The notes under the pieces are model-generated. The model searched no databases. It was not told the DNA's origin and was given only the letters and a program-made list of their open reading frames with translations. This document shows positions 1-10,798 of a DNA stretch of 64,000 nt, piece after piece. Each line of letters begins with the position of its first letter. The stretch's first letter is position 1. A program made the translations under genes and the position numbers. Source of the stretch: an uncultured Pelagibacteraceae bacterium (GTDB lineage Bacteria; Pseudomonadota; Alphaproteobacteria; Pelagibacterales; Pelagibacteraceae); the NCBI GenBank assembly GCA_902620525.1, contig CACNIK010000006.1, forward strand, positions 13 to 64,012, written 5' to 3'.

Positions 1-140
1 CAGAAAAATTATTTAAAAGACACTTTGATATATTATGGATCCATGGCTTAATACATTTATTTGGATATGACCATAAAAAGGATGGCAATTATAAAAAAAT
101 GAACACCATAGAAAATAAATTACTAAATAAATTCAATTAG
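1..140 (+). CDS. ybeY: YbeY endoribonuclease (rRNA maturation factor), C-terminal fragment; 5' end lies outside the window
   Basis: Frame-3 translation ...FDILWIHGLIHLFGYDHKKDGNYKKMNTIENKLLNKFN* carries the H-x-x-x-H-x-x-G-Y-D-H zinc motif of YbeY; TAG stop at 138-140 directly abuts the next ATG. Confidence 0.8.
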   Translation, partial: EKLFKRHFDILWIHGLIHLFGYDHKKDGNYKKMNTIENKLLNKFN

Positions 141-1703
141 ATGATTAATTTTTTTCTTCACAGCAGAGTTTTGTTAGTATTTATAATACCTTTTTTATTG
201 GGTTGTTTATCCGTATTTTCATTTCAACCATATAATTTGACGTTTATTAATTTTTTTATATTCCCATGTCTTTTTTTTATTTTGTCTTACATAAATAAGA
301 GATCAAAAAATAAATATAGAAAAAAACCACATTTGATAAATTTATTTTATGCAGGATATTTTTTTGGTATTGGCTTTTTTTTAACAGGAACTTATTGGAT
401 ATCTAATTCTTTACAATTTGATGAGTCTTTTAAAAATTTAATACCTTTAACAGTCATATTAATTCCATTGTCACTTGGACTATTTTACGGATTGGGCTCT
501 TTAATTTGTGGAAAATATTTAAAAACTAACTTAGGATCGATCATTTTATTTTGCTCAACGATTTCCGCAGTTGATTATTTAAGAGCAAAAATATTTACTG
601 GCTTTCCATGGAACCTTTGGGCTTATAGCTGGTCCTGGTTTAATGAAATAATTCAAATTTTAAATCCTATTGGATTATTTGCATTTAATTTGTTAACAAT
701 AACTTTCTTTTGCATACCAAGTATTTTTTTTTTTAAGAGATACAAATATAAAAGTTTTATACTAAGTTTCTTTTTAATAATTTTTTTTTTAAATTACATA
801 TATGGAAATTATGTAATAAATTTTAATAGAATTGATAATAAAAACAATCCTAAAGAAACTGAACAGATCTATATCAAAATAGTCTCACCAAATTTTGAAT
901 TAAAATATAATTTATCTGAAAAAGAAACACTAGAGCGAATTAAAAAACTGATTTTGTATAGCGGTATTGAAAAAAACAAAAAAACGTTGTTCATATGGCC
1001 CGAGGGGGCATTATCAGGAAAATATTTTTTTGAAATTGAGAAATATAAAAACTTAATAAAAGAAAATTTTTCTTCAAACCATTTAATAATTTTCGGAATA
1101 AATACCTTAGATCAAAAAGAAAATAAATTTTATAACAGTTTTGTTTTAGTAGATAATAATTTTAATAAAAAATTTCAGTATAATAAAGTAAAGCTGGTTC
1201 CATTTGGAGAATTTTTACCATTTCATAACAAATTAGAAAAAATTGGATTAAAAAAAATCACAGAAGGTTTTGGATCTTTTAGTGAGGGCTCAACTAATGA
1301 AACTTTTTATTATAATGGAGTACATATAGCTCCTTTAATTTGTTATGAAATAATTTTCCCAGAATTAATCCAAAAAATTAAAACAAATAAAACTTTATTA
1401 ATAAATATTTCAGAAGATGGATGGTTTGGTAATTCTATCGGCCCGTATCAGCATTTTTCAAAATCAATTTTTAGGGCCATTGAAAGTGACTCTTTTGTTT
1501 TAAGATCTGCAAATAAAGGTATCAGCGCTATAATTGATAATAAAGGACAAATCATTAAAAGCCTTGAAAACAACGAAACTGGTAGTATAGAGCACATGTT
1601 GACAATAAAAGAAAAGAAGAATGGAAATAAAAATGATTTGATATTTTTTATCCTTTTATTTACATATTATTTAATCTCTTTAAGATATAAAAATAATGAC
1701 TGA
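141..1703 (+). CDS. lnt: Apolipoprotein N-acyltransferase
   Basis: 520-aa ORF; multi-TM N-terminal half plus C-terminal CN-hydrolase domain ([24 protein letters not shown]); ybeY-lnt neighbourhood is common in proteobacteria. Confidence 0.85.
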   Translation: MINFFLHSRVLLVFIIPFLLGCLSVFSFQPYNLTFINFFIFPCLFFILSYINKRSKNKYRKKPHLINLFYAGYFFGIGFFLTGTYWISNSLQFDESFKNLIPLTVILIPLSLGLFYGLGSLICGKYLKTNLGSIILFCSTISAVDYLRAKIFTGFPWNLWAYSWSWFNEIIQILNPIGLFAFNLLTITFFCIPSIFFFKRYKYKSFILSFFLIIFFLNYIYGNYVINFNRIDNKNNPKETEQIYIKIVSPNFELKYNLSEKETLERIKKLILYSGIEKNKKTLFIWPEGALSGKYFFEIEKYKNLIKENFSSNHLIIFGINTLDQKENKFYNSFVLVDNNFNKKFQYNKVKLVPFGEFLPFHNKLEKIGLKKITEGFGSFSEGSTNETFYYNGVHIAPLICYEIIFPELIQKIKTNKTLLINISEDGWFGNSIGPYQHFSKSIFRAIESDSFVLRSANKGISAIIDNKGQIIKSLENNETGSIEHMLTIKEKKNGNKNDLIFFILLFTYYLISLRYKNND

Positions 1704-2865
1704 AAAAAATTACTTGTTTACCAGTGAATCTGTATCAGAGGGACATCCCGATAAAGTCTGTGATAGGATTTCTGATATGGTGGTAGATAGTTATTTATCG
1801 AAGGACCCTTTTGCCAGAGTAGCTTGTGAAACCCTGACTACTACTAATAAAGTTGTTCTTGCAGGAGAAATACGAGGACCAAATATAAACAAAGAGGAAA
1901 TCATAGATAAAGTAAGAAATTGTATCAAAGATATAGGTTATGATCAGGAGGGCTTTTCTTGGAAAGAACAAACAAAAATTGAGTCTCATCTTCACGAACA
2001 ATCTACTGATATTGCAATGGGAGTAGACTCAAAAGATAATAAAGACGAGGGAGCAGGAGATCAAGGTATTATGTTTGGGTACGCCTGTAACGAGACAGAT
2101 GATTTAATGCCTGCACCAATATTTTATTCACACAAGATCTTGCGTTTAATGGCACAAGATAGAAAGTCTGGAGTACTAAAAGGAATCGAACCGGACTCAA
2201 AAAGTCAAGTAACAATGCTTTATGATAATGGAAAACCAAAAAAAGTAACCTCAGTGGTAGTTTCAACACAGCATTCTAAAGATTTGGACCAAGAAAAAGT
2301 CAAAGAATTAATTCTACCTTACATAAATAAATCTATACCAAAAGAATTATTAAGCGATCTTCAAAGTTCAGAAATTTATATTAATCCTACAGGTCAATTT
2401 ATAATTGGAGGTCCAGATGGAGACACTGGTTTGACTGGAAGAAAAATAATCGTTGATACTTATGGAGGAGCTGCCCCGCATGGTGGAGGAGCATTTTCAG
2501 GTAAGGATCCTACTAAAGTTGACCGTTCAGCGGCTTATGTTTCAAGATATTTAGCAAAAAATATTGTAGCATCAGGTTTAACAGATAAATGCTTGATTCA
2601 ATTGTCTTATGCAATCGGAGTTTCTAAGCCATTATCAATATATGTGAAATTAGGAGACAAAGATGAAAGTAAAACATCTAAAGTTGCAAAAATTATTAAA
2701 GATAATTTTGATTTGTCTCCTCGAGGAATTAGAGAATTGCTTAATTTAAATAAGCCAATTTATGAAGTAACGTCATCCTATGGGCACTTTGGGAGAAAAC
2801 CAACAAATAAAGGTGAATTTTCTTGGGAAAAAACTGATAAAACCTCATTTTTTAAAAAGGTGTAA
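1696..2865 (+). CDS. metK: S-adenosylmethionine synthetase
   Basis: 389 aa; [44 protein letters not shown] motifs; 8-nt overlap with lnt. Confidence 0.97.
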   Translation: MTEKNYLFTSESVSEGHPDKVCDRISDMVVDSYLSKDPFARVACETLTTTNKVVLAGEIRGPNINKEEIIDKVRNCIKDIGYDQEGFSWKEQTKIESHLHEQSTDIAMGVDSKDNKDEGAGDQGIMFGYACNETDDLMPAPIFYSHKILRLMAQDRKSGVLKGIEPDSKSQVTMLYDNGKPKKVTSVVVSTQHSKDLDQEKVKELILPYINKSIPKELLSDLQSSEIYINPTGQFIIGGPDGDTGLTGRKIIVDTYGGAAPHGGGAFSGKDPTKVDRSAAYVSRYLAKNIVASGLTDKCLIQLSYAIGVSKPLSIYVKLGDKDESKTSKVAKIIKDNFDLSPRGIRELLNLNKPIYEVTSSYGHFGRKPTNKGEFSWEKTDKTSFFKKV

Positions 2866-2918
2866 TCTTGAAAAAACCTTAATTTTTCTTTAATAATAAG
2901 AAAAAATTTGAAAAATAC

Positions 2919-2945
2919 AAAATGGGCACTAGCCCATTTTTTTTT
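2919..2945 (+). terminator. Rho-independent terminator after metK
   Basis: AAAATGGGC-ACTA-GCCCATTTT hairpin (core ATGGGC/GCCCAT, 2922-2937) followed by a 9-T run (2937-2945), then AGGAG and the nusA ATG. Confidence 0.6.
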
Positions 2946-2957
2946 AGGAGAATTAAA

Positions 2958-4511
2958 ATGTTAAATAGAGGATTAGACAAACTCGAATTATTAAGAATAG
3001 TTGATGCTGTTGCTAACGAAAAATCAATTGATAAAGATATAGTAATTGGATCGATGGAAAGCGCAATACAAAAAGCAGCCTTAACAAAATTTGGTCAAAA
3101 CAATAATATTCTTGTAAAAATTGACCGTGAAACCGGAAATATTAGTATACAAAAAGTTCTGGACGTAGTTGAAACCGTAGAAGACCCTAGCCGTGAAATT
3201 ACATCTATAGACGCAAATACTATTAACAATAATAAATCAGAAACACTGAAGGTAGGTGATAAAATTTATGAGGACCTTCCCCAAATAGATTTTGGAAGAA
3301 TAGCAGCACAAAGTGCTAAACAAGTTATAAACTCAAAAGTAAGAGAGGCTGAAAAAAATAGACAGTACGAAGACTTTATAGATAAACAAGGTCTCATATT
3401 AAGTGGTATAATTAAAAGATTAGAATATGGTAACGTCATAGTTGACTTAGGAAGAGCTGAAGGAGTTATTAAAAAAGATGAACTTATTCCGCGAGAGGTG
3501 CTTAAAACTGGAGAGAGAGTTAAAGCATATTGTTATGAAGTAAAAAAAGAATTAAAAGGTCATCAAATATTTTTATCACGAGCTCATCCACAATTTTTAG
3601 CTAAACTTTTCTTCCAGGAAGTCCCAGAAATTTATGAAGGAATAATTGAAATTAAATCAGTCGCCAGAGATCCAGGCAGTAGAGCAAAAATTTGTGTTTA
3701 TTCTAAAGATACTTCTATAGACCCAGTAGGAGCATGTGTTGGAATGAGAGGAAGTAGAGTGCAGACAATTGTAAATGAACTTTATGGTGAAAAAATTGAT
3801 ATTATAAAATGGACTGAAGATTTACCAACTCTTATTTCAGAGTCCTTATCTCCTGCTGAAATACAAAAGGTTTTAATTGATCAATCCAACAAAAAGATTG
3901 ATGTAATATTAAGTGAAGAAAATTTAAGTAAAGCAATTGGTAGAAGAGGTCAAAACGTTAGACTAGCTTCAAAACTTACAAATTTTGAAATTGATATTTT
4001 GACTGATAAGGAGGACTCAGAAAGAAGACAGGCAGAATTTAAAGAAAAAACAGAAGCTTTAATAAAAAATTTAGAGGTCGATGAAACTCTAGGGCAGTTA
4101 TTAGTTTCCGAAGGATTTCAGAGCATTGATGAGATTTCACAAGCTAATGCAGAAGATATTTCTAAAATTGAAGCGATAGATGAAGAGACTGCAAAAGAGT
4201 TAATTTCAAGATCTAAAGAGAGTTTGATTAAATTAAAAGAAGAAGTTGGAAAAAGACTTAAAGAATTAGGTGTAGAGGAAGAATTAATTAATTTGAAAGG
4301 TATGACGCAAGGTATGTTAGTAATATTAGGGCAAAAAAATATAAAAAAACTCTCTGATTTTGCGGATTTGTCAACGGACGAACTTGTTGGCGGATATGAT
4401 GAAGTTAAGGGTAAAAAGATAAGGTTACAAGGATATTTAGAAGAGTTTTCTTTAACCAGGGAGGAAGCAGATCAACTAATAATGTCTGCAAGAAATATTG
4501 TATTTAAATAA
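2958..4511 (+). CDS. nusA: Transcription termination/antitermination factor NusA
   Basis: ORF opens at 2922, but that ATG lies inside the metK terminator hairpin. ATG 2958 (MLNRGLDKLELLRIV...) is preceded by AGGAG at 2946-2950. S1 and KH domains present (GACVGMRGSRVQ, IGRRGQNVRLAS) plus C-terminal acidic repeats. Confidence 0.95.
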   Translation: MLNRGLDKLELLRIVDAVANEKSIDKDIVIGSMESAIQKAALTKFGQNNNILVKIDRETGNISIQKVLDVVETVEDPSREITSIDANTINNNKSETLKVGDKIYEDLPQIDFGRIAAQSAKQVINSKVREAEKNRQYEDFIDKQGLILSGIIKRLEYGNVIVDLGRAEGVIKKDELIPREVLKTGERVKAYCYEVKKELKGHQIFLSRAHPQFLAKLFFQEVPEIYEGIIEIKSVARDPGSRAKICVYSKDTSIDPVGACVGMRGSRVQTIVNELYGEKIDIIKWTEDLPTLISESLSPAEIQKVLIDQSNKKIDVILSEENLSKAIGRRGQNVRLASKLTNFEIDILTDKEDSERRQAEFKEKTEALIKNLEVDETLGQLLVSEGFQSIDEISQANAEDISKIEAIDEETAKELISRSKESLIKLKEEVGKRLKELGVEEELINLKGMTQGMLVILGQKNIKKLSDFADLSTDELVGGYDEVKGKKIRLQGYLEEFSLTREEADQLIMSARNIVFK

Positions 4512-4514
4512 GTT

Positions 4515-6710
4515 ATGGATAAAGAGAAAGAAAAAAAAAAAACATTAACAATTTCATCAAATTTTAAAAAAAAAATTGATTCAAATAACCTATCAAAAAA
4601 TGAAATAAAAAAACCGTATTCGATCCCCAATGACAAAAAAAATTCATTTAAACCCACAAAGAATTTTAAAAAAATTAATTTTTCAGATCCAAACTTAAAA
4701 AATCCAACTAATAAGGGAAAAAAATTTAACAGAAAGTTTATAGAACAACAAACCACTAAAGCATTTATAAAAAAAGATGAAAAGCCAACTGGAAAAAGTA
4801 AGTTAAAACTCAAAACTCCAATAGATAAAAGGGATTTTAAATTGACTGTTTCAAGGGCTTTAAACGTTGAAGAAATAGAAATTAAGCAGAGAAGTTTAGC
4901 AGCGGTTAAAAGAGCAAGACTTAAAGAAAAAAAGAGTAGTCCCGATACAGAGGAAAAAAAGGAATATAAAAAAGTTATAAAGGAAGTTAAAATTCCTGAA
5001 CAAATTACAATTCAAGAACTTTCAAATAGGATGGCTGAAAAATCTAACGACATTATTAAATTTCTTTTAAATATGAAAGTTATTGCAACTATAAATCATA
5101 CAATTGATAAAGACACGGCTGAATATATCGTAAAAGAGTTTGGTCACAAGGCAATAATTGAAAATTCTCATCCTGAAGAGATAAATAAAAATAAATCTAT
5201 GAGTGGAACGATAGAAAGAAGACCACCAGTGGTAACTATTATGGGCCATGTTGATCATGGAAAAACTTCGCTTCTTGACGCTCTGAGACAAACAAATGTT
5301 GTTTCAAATGAATTTGGTGGGATTACTCAACATATAGGAGCCTATCAAGTTAAAACAGAAAATAATCAATTAATCACTTTTATTGATACGCCTGGACACG
5401 CAGCTTTTACAGAAATGAGAGCTAGAGGTTCTAAAATTACCGATATAGTCGTATTAGTTGTAGCAGCTGACGATGGAATTAAACCTCAAACAATAGAGGC
5501 TATTAATCATGCCAAAGCCGCTAAAGTTCCAATAATTGTAGCTATTAACAAATCAGATTTACCAAACAAAAACATTACAAAAATAAAAAATGATCTAATG
5601 AGATATGAGCTTGTAGCTGAAGATCTAAGTGGTGATACACTATTTGTAGAAGTTTCTGCTTTAAAAAAAATTAATTTAGATAAACTTAAAGAAAGTATTT
5701 TATTACAATCGGAAATATTAGATTTAAAGGCCTCGATTTCAGATAAAGCTACTGGGGTGGTAATAGAGTCAAAAATTGATAAAGGCAAAGGACCAGTTTC
5801 AACAATTTTAGTATCAAACGGAAAACTAAAAAAAGGAGATTATTTTGTTTGCGGAAAAACATGGGGAAAAATTAGAGCTATGATAAATCATGATGGACTA
5901 CCTATAATTGAAGCTTACCCATCGATGCCAGTTGAGATTTTAGGCATGAACGATACAGCTTTTGCAGGAGCTGAATTTTTAGTGACCGAAGATGAAGACA
6001 AAGCTAAAGAAATTTCAAAATTTAAAAATGAAAATTCTTCTAAAAAGAAAATTCTTTTAAATGACAAATCAACGATATTTGATAAAGGAGAGGATCAAGA
6101 AGAACTCAATGTTATAATTAAGTCCGATGTCCATGGTTCCAGTGAAGCTCTTAAAATGGCGATTGAAAAAATAGAACACCCTGAGGTAAAAACAAAAATT
6201 ATATTATCAGAAATTGGAATGATTAACGAAACTGATGTGTCACTGGCAAAAGCATCTGATGCTGTACTAATTGGTTTTAATGTGAAAGCTAACAGAGAGG
6301 CAAAAAAGATTTCAGATGAACAAAGAATAGAAATTAAATACTTCAATATAATTTATGAAGCAATTGAATACATTGAAAAGAGACTATCTGGACTTTTAGA
6401 ACCTGACATCAAAGAAGTTTCTCTTGGTTCTGCCGAAGTTCAAAAAATATTTAAAGTTTCAAAATTTGGCCAAATAGCTGGATCAAAAGTAATTGAAGGA
6501 GAAATTCAAAATAAGTCAAAAGCTAGAATAGTAAGAGATGGCACAGTCGTTTATGATGGAGAAATTCTAAGTATTTTTAGAGAAAAAAATGCAGTTAAAG
6601 AGGTTAAAAATGGTTTTGAATGTGGGATAAGCTTAAAAGATTTTATAGATTTCAAAGAAAAAGATATAATACAATCATATCAAATAGAAAAGATTGAGAG
6701 AACTTTATGA
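4515..6710 (+). CDS. infB: Translation initiation factor IF-2
   Basis: 731 aa; Lys-rich N-terminus, GTPase motifs [21 protein letters not shown]; nusA-infB synteny. Confidence 0.97.
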   Translation: MDKEKEKKKTLTISSNFKKKIDSNNLSKNEIKKPYSIPNDKKNSFKPTKNFKKINFSDPNLKNPTNKGKKFNRKFIEQQTTKAFIKKDEKPTGKSKLKLKTPIDKRDFKLTVSRALNVEEIEIKQRSLAAVKRARLKEKKSSPDTEEKKEYKKVIKEVKIPEQITIQELSNRMAEKSNDIIKFLLNMKVIATINHTIDKDTAEYIVKEFGHKAIIENSHPEEINKNKSMSGTIERRPPVVTIMGHVDHGKTSLLDALRQTNVVSNEFGGITQHIGAYQVKTENNQLITFIDTPGHAAFTEMRARGSKITDIVVLVVAADDGIKPQTIEAINHAKAAKVPIIVAINKSDLPNKNITKIKNDLMRYELVAEDLSGDTLFVEVSALKKINLDKLKESILLQSEILDLKASISDKATGVVIESKIDKGKGPVSTILVSNGKLKKGDYFVCGKTWGKIRAMINHDGLPIIEAYPSMPVEILGMNDTAFAGAEFLVTEDEDKAKEISKFKNENSSKKKILLNDKSTIFDKGEDQEELNVIIKSDVHGSSEALKMAIEKIEHPEVKTKIILSEIGMINETDVSLAKASDAVLIGFNVKANREAKKISDEQRIEIKYFNIIYEAIEYIEKRLSGLLEPDIKEVSLGSAEVQKIFKVSKFGQIAGSKVIEGEIQNKSKARIVRDGTVVYDGEILSIFREKNAVKEVKNGFECGISLKDFIDFKEKDIIQSYQIEKIERTL
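4531..4542 (+). repeat. A12 homopolymer inside the 5' end of infB (encodes KKKK)
   Basis: Counted directly: g at 4530, twelve a at 4531-4542, c at 4543. Confidence 0.95.
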
Positions 6711-7108
6711 TTAATAGCGATGTATCTAATAAAGGATATTCCCAGAGACAGCTGAGAGTCGGTGAACTTGTTAAGCAGAGTATTGGAGAAATTTTCATAA
6801 AAAATGAGACAAAAATATCGTCATTTAATTCACGATTTATAACGGTTACCGAAGTTAGGATGACCCCAGACTTGAAAACAGCAAGGGTTTATGTGATACC
6901 ACTAGGCGGTATAGACATGAAAGAAATTGTAGGTGTATTGACTGATAACGCTCATCTTGTTAGAAAAGCTTTATCAAAAAAGCTAAGTTTAAAGTTTCTT
7001 CCAAAACTCAACTTTATTGAAGATAAATCTTTTGAATATGCAGAAAAAATTGAAAGATTAATCAAAGAGAATAAGAAAAATGAAACAGACAAAAAAAGAT
7101 ATAATTAA
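6707..7108 (+). CDS. rbfA: Ribosome-binding factor A
   Basis: 133 aa; RVGELVKQSIGEIF..., ITVTEVRMTPDLKTARVYV pattern typical of RbfA; position after infB; 4-nt overlap. Confidence 0.85.
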   Translation: MINSDVSNKGYSQRQLRVGELVKQSIGEIFIKNETKISSFNSRFITVTEVRMTPDLKTARVYVIPLGGIDMKEIVGVLTDNAHLVRKALSKKLSLKFLPKLNFIEDKSFEYAEKIERLIKENKKNETDKKRYN

Positions 7109-7340
7109 GTCACTCGCTATAAACAAGTCAGACGTAGGTTCAGCTGAAATTCAAATTGGATTGCTTAGCAATAAAATTGAGAAATTGGCGACCCACTTCA
7201 AAAAATTTAAAAAAGATAAACACTCAACTATTGGTTTATCAAAGTCAGTGAATAAAAGAAAAAAATTATTAAGTTATCTAAAAAGAAAAAAACCTGACTC
7301 ATATGAAAAAATTATAAAACAATTGAGTCTAAGAAAATAA
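7080..7340 (+). CDS. rpsO: 30S ribosomal protein S15
   Basis: 86 aa; [30 protein letters not shown]...[11 protein letters not shown] matches the S15 pattern; overlaps the rbfA 3' end by 29 nt. Confidence 0.9.
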   Translation: MKQTKKDIIKSLAINKSDVGSAEIQIGLLSNKIEKLATHFKKFKKDKHSTIGLSKSVNKRKKLLSYLKRKKPDSYEKIIKQLSLRK

Positions 7341-9412
7341 TGTTTAAAATTCAAAAAGAAGAAATAGATTTTGGTGGAAAAAAATTAATCTTAGAAACCG
7401 GTAAGGTCGCAAGGCAAGCTGATGGAGCTATTATAGCAAGATTAGGTGAAACAGTTGTTATTGCAACAGCAGTTGGTGCAAAAAAACTTAATGAAGGTCA
7501 AGATTACTTTCCTTTATCAGTGAACTATCAAGAAAAATATTATGCTGCTGGAAAGATACCAGGTGGTTATTTTAAAAGAGAGGCTAGACCGACAGAAGCT
7601 GAAACTTTAATTTCAAGATTAATTGATAGACCAATAAGACCACTATTTCCATCTGGTTTTATGAATGAGGTTCAGTTGTTACCAACTGTTTTATCGTATG
7701 ACGGTGAAAATCAACCAGATATACTCTCCATAATAGCCTCTTCCGCAGCTTTATCTATATCAGGCCTACCTTTTCAAGGACCAATTGCTGCTAGCAGGGT
7801 AGGTTTTAAAGATGGAAAATATTTGTTAAATCCATCTCAAGAAGAATTAAAAACTTCAAAATTAGATTTAGTAGTAGCCGGAACCAAGGACGCGGTGTTA
7901 ATGGTAGAGTCTGAAACTTCAGGATTATCAGAAAAAATAATGTTAGATGCTGTTAAATTTGGCCATGAAAAATTTATACCAGTTATAAACGCAATTGAAA
8001 ATTTAGCAAAAAAAGCTAGCAAACCTAAGTGGGAAATCGAGGAAATTGACAATACCAACCTTAAGAAAAAAATTGCTAAAGAGTTTGAGGGAGATCTTAG
8101 AAAGGCTTTTAAAGAAGTAGATAAGAAGAAAAGATCAACGGCAATTTCTGAAATTGACTCTAAGTGTAAAGAGATGTTCAAAGAAGATGAGAGCGTTACC
8201 GAGAACCAAGCAATGGCTCAATTAAAATCTCTTGAGAAAGATATCGTAAGAACAGCCATTTTAAAAGACAAAAAAAGAATTGACGGGAGAGGACTAGCCG
8301 ATGTCCGAAAAATTGAGTGTGAAGTTGGTGTTTTACCAAGAACGCATGGTTCAGCTTTATTTACAAGAGGAGAAACTCAGGCATTAGTAGTAACGACTTT
8401 AGGCATGTCCGATGATGAACAAAGACTTGAAAGTTTAGATGGCATGCAAAGATCAAGTTTCATGTTACACTATAATTTCCCTCCTTTTTCAGTAGGTGAA
8501 TGTGGAAGAATTGGTACTGGTAGAAGAGAAATAGGTCATGGTAAACTTGCCTGGAGAGCTATCAACTCATCATTGCCTTTAAAAGAAAACTTTCCTTATA
8601 CTTTAAGGGTTGTATCTGAAATAACAGAGTCAAACGGATCCTCTTCAATGGCAACAGTGTGTGGAACATCATTATCACTTATGGATGCAGGAGTACCAAT
8701 TAAAGAGCCAGTAGCAGGAATAGCAATGGGTCTAATTAAAGAGGGAGAAAAATTTTCCGTTTTATCAGATATTTTAGGAGACGAGGACCATTTGGGTGAT
8801 ATGGATTTTAAAGTAGCGGGAACTAAAGACGGTATTACATCTTTGCAAATGGATATAAAGATTACCGGAATCACTTTTGAGATAATGGAGCAAGCTTTAA
8901 ATCAAGCAAAAGAGGGTCGAGAACATATTTTAGGTGAAATGAATAAAGCAATTAAAACATCAAGAAAAGAATTTTCTAAACACACACCTAAAATGGAAAC
9001 AATTAAAGTCGATAAAAAAGACATTGCGACAGTAATTGGAAAAGGTGGTGCAACTATAAGAGAAATAGTTGAAAAATCTGGAGCAAAAGTTGATGTCAAG
9101 GATACTGGAGAAGTGACTGTTGCTGCTCCTGATGAAAAATCAAGAAACTCTGCTATTGAAATTATCAAAGGTTTGATTGCGAAACCCGAGGTTGGTAAAA
9201 TTTATAAAGGCAAAGTGGTTAAAATTATGGAATTTGGAGCCTTTGTAAATTTTCTTGGGAAACAAGATGGTCTAGTTCACATTTCTGAACTTGCGGGAAA
9301 AAGGGTTGCCAAAGTGACCGATGTTGTAAAAGAAGGCGATGAAGTATCAGTAAAAGTTCTTGGTTTTGACAGAGGAAAAGTTAAACTTTCTATTAAACAA
9401 GCTGTAGCTTAA
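7340..9412 (+). CDS. pnp: Polyribonucleotide nucleotidyltransferase (PNPase)
   Basis: 690 aa; two RNase PH domains, KH ([11 protein letters not shown]) and S1 ([15 protein letters not shown]) domains; TAATG junction with rpsO. Confidence 0.97.
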   Translation: MFKIQKEEIDFGGKKLILETGKVARQADGAIIARLGETVVIATAVGAKKLNEGQDYFPLSVNYQEKYYAAGKIPGGYFKREARPTEAETLISRLIDRPIRPLFPSGFMNEVQLLPTVLSYDGENQPDILSIIASSAALSISGLPFQGPIAASRVGFKDGKYLLNPSQEELKTSKLDLVVAGTKDAVLMVESETSGLSEKIMLDAVKFGHEKFIPVINAIENLAKKASKPKWEIEEIDNTNLKKKIAKEFEGDLRKAFKEVDKKKRSTAISEIDSKCKEMFKEDESVTENQAMAQLKSLEKDIVRTAILKDKKRIDGRGLADVRKIECEVGVLPRTHGSALFTRGETQALVVTTLGMSDDEQRLESLDGMQRSSFMLHYNFPPFSVGECGRIGTGRREIGHGKLAWRAINSSLPLKENFPYTLRVVSEITESNGSSSMATVCGTSLSLMDAGVPIKEPVAGIAMGLIKEGEKFSVLSDILGDEDHLGDMDFKVAGTKDGITSLQMDIKITGITFEIMEQALNQAKEGREHILGEMNKAIKTSRKEFSKHTPKMETIKVDKKDIATVIGKGGATIREIVEKSGAKVDVKDTGEVTVAAPDEKSRNSAIEIIKGLIAKPEVGKIYKGKVVKIMEFGAFVNFLGKQDGLVHISELAGKRVAKVTDVVKEGDEVSVKVLGFDRGKVKLSIKQAVA

Positions 9413-9417
9413 ATTAT

Positions 9418-9933
9418 TTAAATTTTGTACTCAAAATTTTGAGTTTCCTTATTAACTTGGAGTTCTATAGCACCATTTCTTAAGTGAAAATTTCTAGCCA
9501 TGTCAGTCAATGGAGAAAGAGTTACCAATCTATTTAAATGATTAGATTTTTTTATTTTTTTAAATACCTCTTTGACTATAAGTTTGCCGCCGCCCTTTTT
9601 TTTGGACCAGACAGTGTAAGCTATAGCTATTTTTCCAACTTTTTGATCTCTTCTAATACTTTGTAAGTGCGCATCTTTTGTCATTAAATCCAATTCATTT
9701 ACATTCTTCGGTATCTCATTTGTAAAACCGAAGCACATTATTGCGCAAATTTCATTTTTATACTTTACAGCATAAATTTTACGACCATAACTAGTCCTAA
9801 AATCATTACTTAACTCCGGTCGAATTGGATCTTCTTTTGGATCACAAGATTTAAGCTCAACTAGCTCAGCTCCTTTTATCCAGTCAAAGAAGTTTCCAAA
9901 TTTCTCTCTAACCTTTTTATTTAAATCTTTCAT
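9418..9933 (-). CDS. Hypothetical protein, possibly a minimal GNAT-like acyltransferase
   Basis: 171-aa ORF filling the pnp-fabI gap. WSKKKGGGKLIVKEV resembles the GNAT Q/R-x-x-G-x-G/A acyl-CoA loop, and LSPLTDMARNFHLRNGA resembles the following beta-alpha element. Motif-level evidence only. Confidence 0.5.
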   Translation of the reverse strand: MKDLNKKVREKFGNFFDWIKGAELVELKSCDPKEDPIRPELSNDFRTSYGRKIYAVKYKNEICAIMCFGFTNEIPKNVNELDLMTKDAHLQSIRRDQKVGKIAIAYTVWSKKKGGGKLIVKEVFKKIKKSNHLNRLVTLSPLTDMARNFHLRNGAIELQVNKETQNFEYKI

Positions 9934-10010
9934 TTTAATATTTATTTTTATTCTCTTTTATTTTTTTTGGTTTTTCTATTTATGCAATCTAGTAATGTGA
10001 TTTTTGCAAG

Positions 10011-10796
10011 TTATGAAATATTTTTAGGGTCTGGCATTCCTACTTTGTTATATCCGGCATCAACATAATGTATTTCACCTGTCACACCATTAGCTAAATT
10101 GCTTAATAAGTATAAAGCTGAGTTACCCACATCATGAATATCAACGTTTCTTTTAAGAAAGGAATGATCCTCATTCCATTTGTATAAAAATTTTGCATCT
10201 CCTATTGCAGAAGCAGCTAAAGTTTTAATTGGTCCTGCACTTATGGCATTTACTCTAATTTTTTTCTTTCCAAGATCTCTGGCTAAGTATTTTACACTCG
10301 CTTCTAAAGCTGATTTACAAACTCCCATAACATTATAATTTGGAATTGCTTTGCTCGACTCATACGTAAGAGTCAACAAACTTCCCCCATCTTTCATTAT
10401 TTTAGAGGCCTCTTTTGATACTTCAGTAAAGGAAAAACAAGAAATAAGCATACTATTTAAAAAATTTTCTCTTGAAGTATTTAAATACTCACCCGATAAT
10501 TCCGATTTATCTGAAAAGGCAACGGCGTGAACTACGAAGTCAATCTCACCCCATTTAGACTTAATATTCTCAAAAAGTTTAATAATATCATCTTTTTTTT
10601 CAACATCACAACTAAATGTAACTTTTGAATTAAGTTTTTCAGCCAAAGGTATAACTCTCTTTTTTAAAGCATCTCCTAAATATGTAAAAGCTAATTCAGC
10701 ACCAGCTTCTGCAAGTTTCTGAGAAATTCCCCATGCAATTGACCTCTCATTTGCAACACCCATTATCAATCCTTTTTTACCTTTCATTAAACTCAT
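10011..10796 (-). CDS. fabI: Enoyl-ACP reductase (NADH)
   Basis: 261 aa SDR; GVANERSIAWGI N-terminus, Y-x6-K catalytic pair (NYNVMGVCKSALE); fabA-fabB-fabI operon order. Confidence 0.93.
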   Translation of the reverse strand: MSLMKGKKGLIMGVANERSIAWGISQKLAEAGAELAFTYLGDALKKRVIPLAEKLNSKVTFSCDVEKKDDIIKLFENIKSKWGEIDFVVHAVAFSDKSELSGEYLNTSRENFLNSMLISCFSFTEVSKEASKIMKDGGSLLTLTYESSKAIPNYNVMGVCKSALEASVKYLARDLGKKKIRVNAISAGPIKTLAASAIGDAKFLYKWNEDHSFLKRNVDIHDVGNSALYLLSNLANGVTGEIHYVDAGYNKVGMPDPKNIS

Positions 10797-10798
10797 AA

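Noticed and set aside
4472-4813. 113-aa minus-strand ORF across the nusA/infB junction
   Set aside because: It is the antisense reading of the Lys-rich (AAA/AAG) infB N-terminus, giving a Phe-rich low-complexity product. It lies entirely inside well-supported genes, so it is an artefact of composition.
9429-9444. 16-nt perfect palindrome ACTCAAAATTTTGAGT just after pnp, considered as a pnp terminator
   Set aside because: The stem would be almost entirely A/T with no real loop, and it lies inside the 3' coding end of the convergent 171-aa ORF. Palindromes of this size are expected by chance at this composition. It might still act as a weak bidirectional stop, but I cannot support that.
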